DNA of 64,000 nt, taken from NCBI GenBank assembly GCA_965637545.1, contig OZ281497.1, forward strand, positions 7,068,001 through 7,132,000, written 5' to 3'. Every line of letters begins with the position of its first letter. The first letter of the stretch is position 1. The stretch comes from Phallusia mammillata (Eukaryota). Below, one piece after another: positions 63,801 to 64,000 of the stretch. The position numbers and the translations under genes were made by a program. Under the pieces are notes generated by a model, which did not search any database, was not told the DNA's origin, and saw only the letters and a list, made by a program, of their open reading frames with translations.

Positions 63801-64000
63801 TAGTTCTTATTTTCCCCCTTACGAAATTTTTCGCCTGTTGAGAAGCCATCAGTTCATTAATGTCAGTTGACAATTTTCCCCACATGAAATACCAAACATG
63901 GTGTACCATGCATCTTAAAAACTTAATTTTGTGCCTTTAATTTGTACTACACTCACTGTAGAAGAACTTGAACTATCTCAGGGTGACCAGCCTCACAAGC
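51854..64000 (-). CDS. TRPA1: TRPA1-like ankyrin-repeat cation channel (3' part; 5' exons lie beyond the window)
   Basis: Phase-compatible exons: 64000-63957 (ACEAGHPEIVQVLL, ankyrin), 63562-63429 (GWNALDFAIEFRNESCARLII), 55348-55224 (TPMRKLIRKMP), 55103-55029, 54791-54711 (NHPLNIM), 54621-54450 (LLRHPLV..KWKKF, S1), 54268-54126, 53791-53651, 53592-53392 (WQWQVGA..FGIYVLMF), 53103-52963 (pore, MMTGDLGFEDIF), 52882-52805 (ILMNLL), 52643-52575 (VGLAVDDIQGVQENA), 52364-52185, 52045-51854 (coiled coil, TAG). TRPA family is clear; strict TRPA1 orthology was not tested. Confidence 0.88.
55480..56318 (-). repeat. 3' LTR (839 bp)
   Basis: Matches 62497-63324 apart from one extra 11-bp unit (AGGAAACGTAT). 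Confidence 0.95.
56410..62262 (-). CDS. Bel/Pao gag-pol polyprotein, 1950 aa
   Basis: Triple Cys/His knuckles (CQCCSGNHVLAKC, CDNCFRFGHFATKC, CTVRDCNEAHHTLLH), protease LLDTGS, RT NFYVDD, RNase H HFADAS, integrase GVDYFGPF / SDNGTNF / GGVWERMI, in the PR-RT-RH-IN order. Confidence 0.97.
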   Translation of the reverse strand: MSQSNVTTPEAVADCRRRLSEQYLVAECLMKDHRNKQVLETVLVALEHLFIDAVAAYEAHPDLADELASIRKNKAEFDDRVSHWVLEVNSPSTSVLPVNMASPSGSGDKSPKDNDSFCGRSRRSSSSTNSRTRVKVTTQLARLAIQQTAQKQELARQQQEMKRRRAEEEIRRAEEEQRQKDSMEMLELQHQLQAAEVEEKVWDEMSGNTEYVTVKEGSGESTTPPLEEPLGDQRRVLFTSPPVTSQRSPPDQRYVVDYVAPSEPLSQYVPKIKSSFDERGSFTATNPIVNSICTYDSVKPTGVHDNEIASLVKHINRPKPKVLVFDGNPMDYWKFVRNFDSRIDDKVDDDGAKLSYLAQHCDGKARKLIEHCFRLKENGYQQARQLLYDHFGKSHIIAHACVRCVVNGPELRPNDAAGLSELAQSLRDCLLTLSDIDEHSEMNNYPTLIAVVNRLPFKMQEAWKRRVEKILRDTGREPLFEHLVDFVETEDRIANSLFSRMLDEHRNEAKKAKGKSGHVKASSHVVVSEQESRPKARAGPSHFPTAPLCQCCSGNHVLAKCEEFKSRCYRDRLRVTRRRRLCDNCFRFGHFATKCNSPKACTVRDCNEAHHTLLHPPEKREDESPVKGPAPERTVCSVVSAIGKDCHASSGRQSVNLMMVAVKVRANGRTVDTYALLDTGSGITLCDKKLTDKLGLRGEASNVTLKTVNGDSRRRKGKRVNLSVASLDGSTTVELPEVFAVDCLPITANKFPRNAELDALPHIRDLSFPQVDCSEALLLIGLDVPEAFLVQEVRKGKPKQPVAFKVPLGWALAGPVSNKSTGLFSVNFTQVANDSLHEKLERMWKTDFQDTNADAMPMSREDRYVLDKMKTSVQFKQGHYELPLPWRPNAQPLRCNRDMALNRLGSLERRMRRDAVLRDAYTKTVQGYIAKGYAEEVPDEKQSAEVVWYLPHHPVTNPHKPGKVRVVFDCAAKYRDQSLNDALLQGPDLTNSLVGVLSRFRMEKVALVADVEAMFHQIRVKPTDCDALRFLWWPDGDVSKKPTAHRMLVHLFGATSSPSCASFCLKQAANDLRSEFPKEVVETVERNFYVDDCLKSVSTEAEAVQLVKGICALLKKKGFRLTKWLSNSERVLASIDEEERAKSVKELDVDGSSCERVLGVRWNVSSDEFGFNVDVKQPTAYTRRTILSVVSSLYDPLGFAAPVIVVAKTMQRDLCRKQLGWDDVLSDEDSESWAKWLQQLPRLGDVVLPRCVKPHDFGKVRKTELHHFADASSTAYGAVTYLRLVDERGRIHCSFVIGKARVAPLKTCSIPRLELTAAVVAAKLDQLVRKELQLDECQSVFWTDSTAVLQSIRNCNKRFPVFVANRLAKIEDVSRPSQWRHVSTKVNPADEASRGLSVNKFLRSSRWLTGPQFLWEQEDGWPTCPDLSSLPIEFLLLKKETQTVCLVASESATDRLIARYSSLNRLKRAVSWLLRFKSMLMSRRFPAKYQAPTGQLTVVELKAAELEIVKYVQRRSFPDVMAAMSKAKGEPVRLPKKKRVLGKLNPILVNGVMRVGGRLERACVEFDVKHPMILPYDHRFTDLVIMQQHDEVGHSGMGHTWSSLRQRYWIIKGGVAVRRVLGKCVSCRRRNGSLGKQMMADLPAARLQANKPPFSVVGVDYFGPFLVKQGRSEVKRYGCIFSCFSTRAAHIEIAHSLSTDSFIGALRRFIGRRGRPDQIYSDNGTNFVGAERILREELNRWNQRQIYKYLQQRDIAWSFNPPTASHMGGVWERMIRSVRKILNALLSEQTLSDEKLMTLMVEVEAILNSRPLVPVTFDSKDEEPLTPNHLLLQRAAPNMSPGLFTGKDCFHRNRWRQVQYLADQFWRRWSREYLPTLMPRSKWANGHSNFTVGDIVLVADDNQPRSKWLLGRVTDVLPDRKGVVRQVIVKTHTGALRRPIAKLCLLCRDA
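62301..62496 (-). repeat. Array of short inverted repeats in the retrotransposon leader
   Basis: Three CAGTTGAAACTTGATTTCAACTG hairpins interleaved with four TTCAAC-N5-GTTGAA hairpins, directly abutting the 5' LTR. Confidence 0.85.
62497..63324 (-). repeat. 5' LTR (828 bp)
   Basis: TGTAAC...GTAACA; followed on the - strand by TGAAAGTTTCAACTG rather than a TGG-type primer-binding site. Confidence 0.95.

Overview
AT-rich, intron-dense animal genomic DNA; the compact introns and gene content suggest a marine invertebrate, possibly a tunicate (inference only). No tools were used: exon chains were assembled by hand from GT-AG sites and phase arithmetic, and identities were read by eye. Left to right: (1) 77-11518 (+), the 3' 26 exons of a large membrane-anchored ZP-domain protein (8 Sushi, C-type lectin, a half lectin, 2 WAP-like modules, T/A-rich linker, EGF, ZP, furin site, TM). 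(2) 12.3-18.1 kb, three hAT MITEs with 8-bp TSDs and possibly a decayed minus-strand gene. (3) 19107-34844 (+), a 3-exon LURAP1-like gene whose exons 2-3 recur nearly identically at 42582-44689. (4) Between the two copies, an orphan TRPA exon, discoidin-domain remnants and a decayed CR1/L2-type LINE carrying a nested MITE. (5) 51854 to the window end (-), a TRPA1-like channel gene with an intact, very young Bel/Pao LTR retrotransposon (55480-63324) in one intron. The most unusual object is a TSD-flanked palindromic element at 51004-51539. It has two back-to-back tRNA-like cloverleaves in 204-bp inverted arms and sits at the TRPA poly(A) site. An internally collapsed sibling at 46952-47135 shares its ends, so the fold-back structure looks like a family trait.
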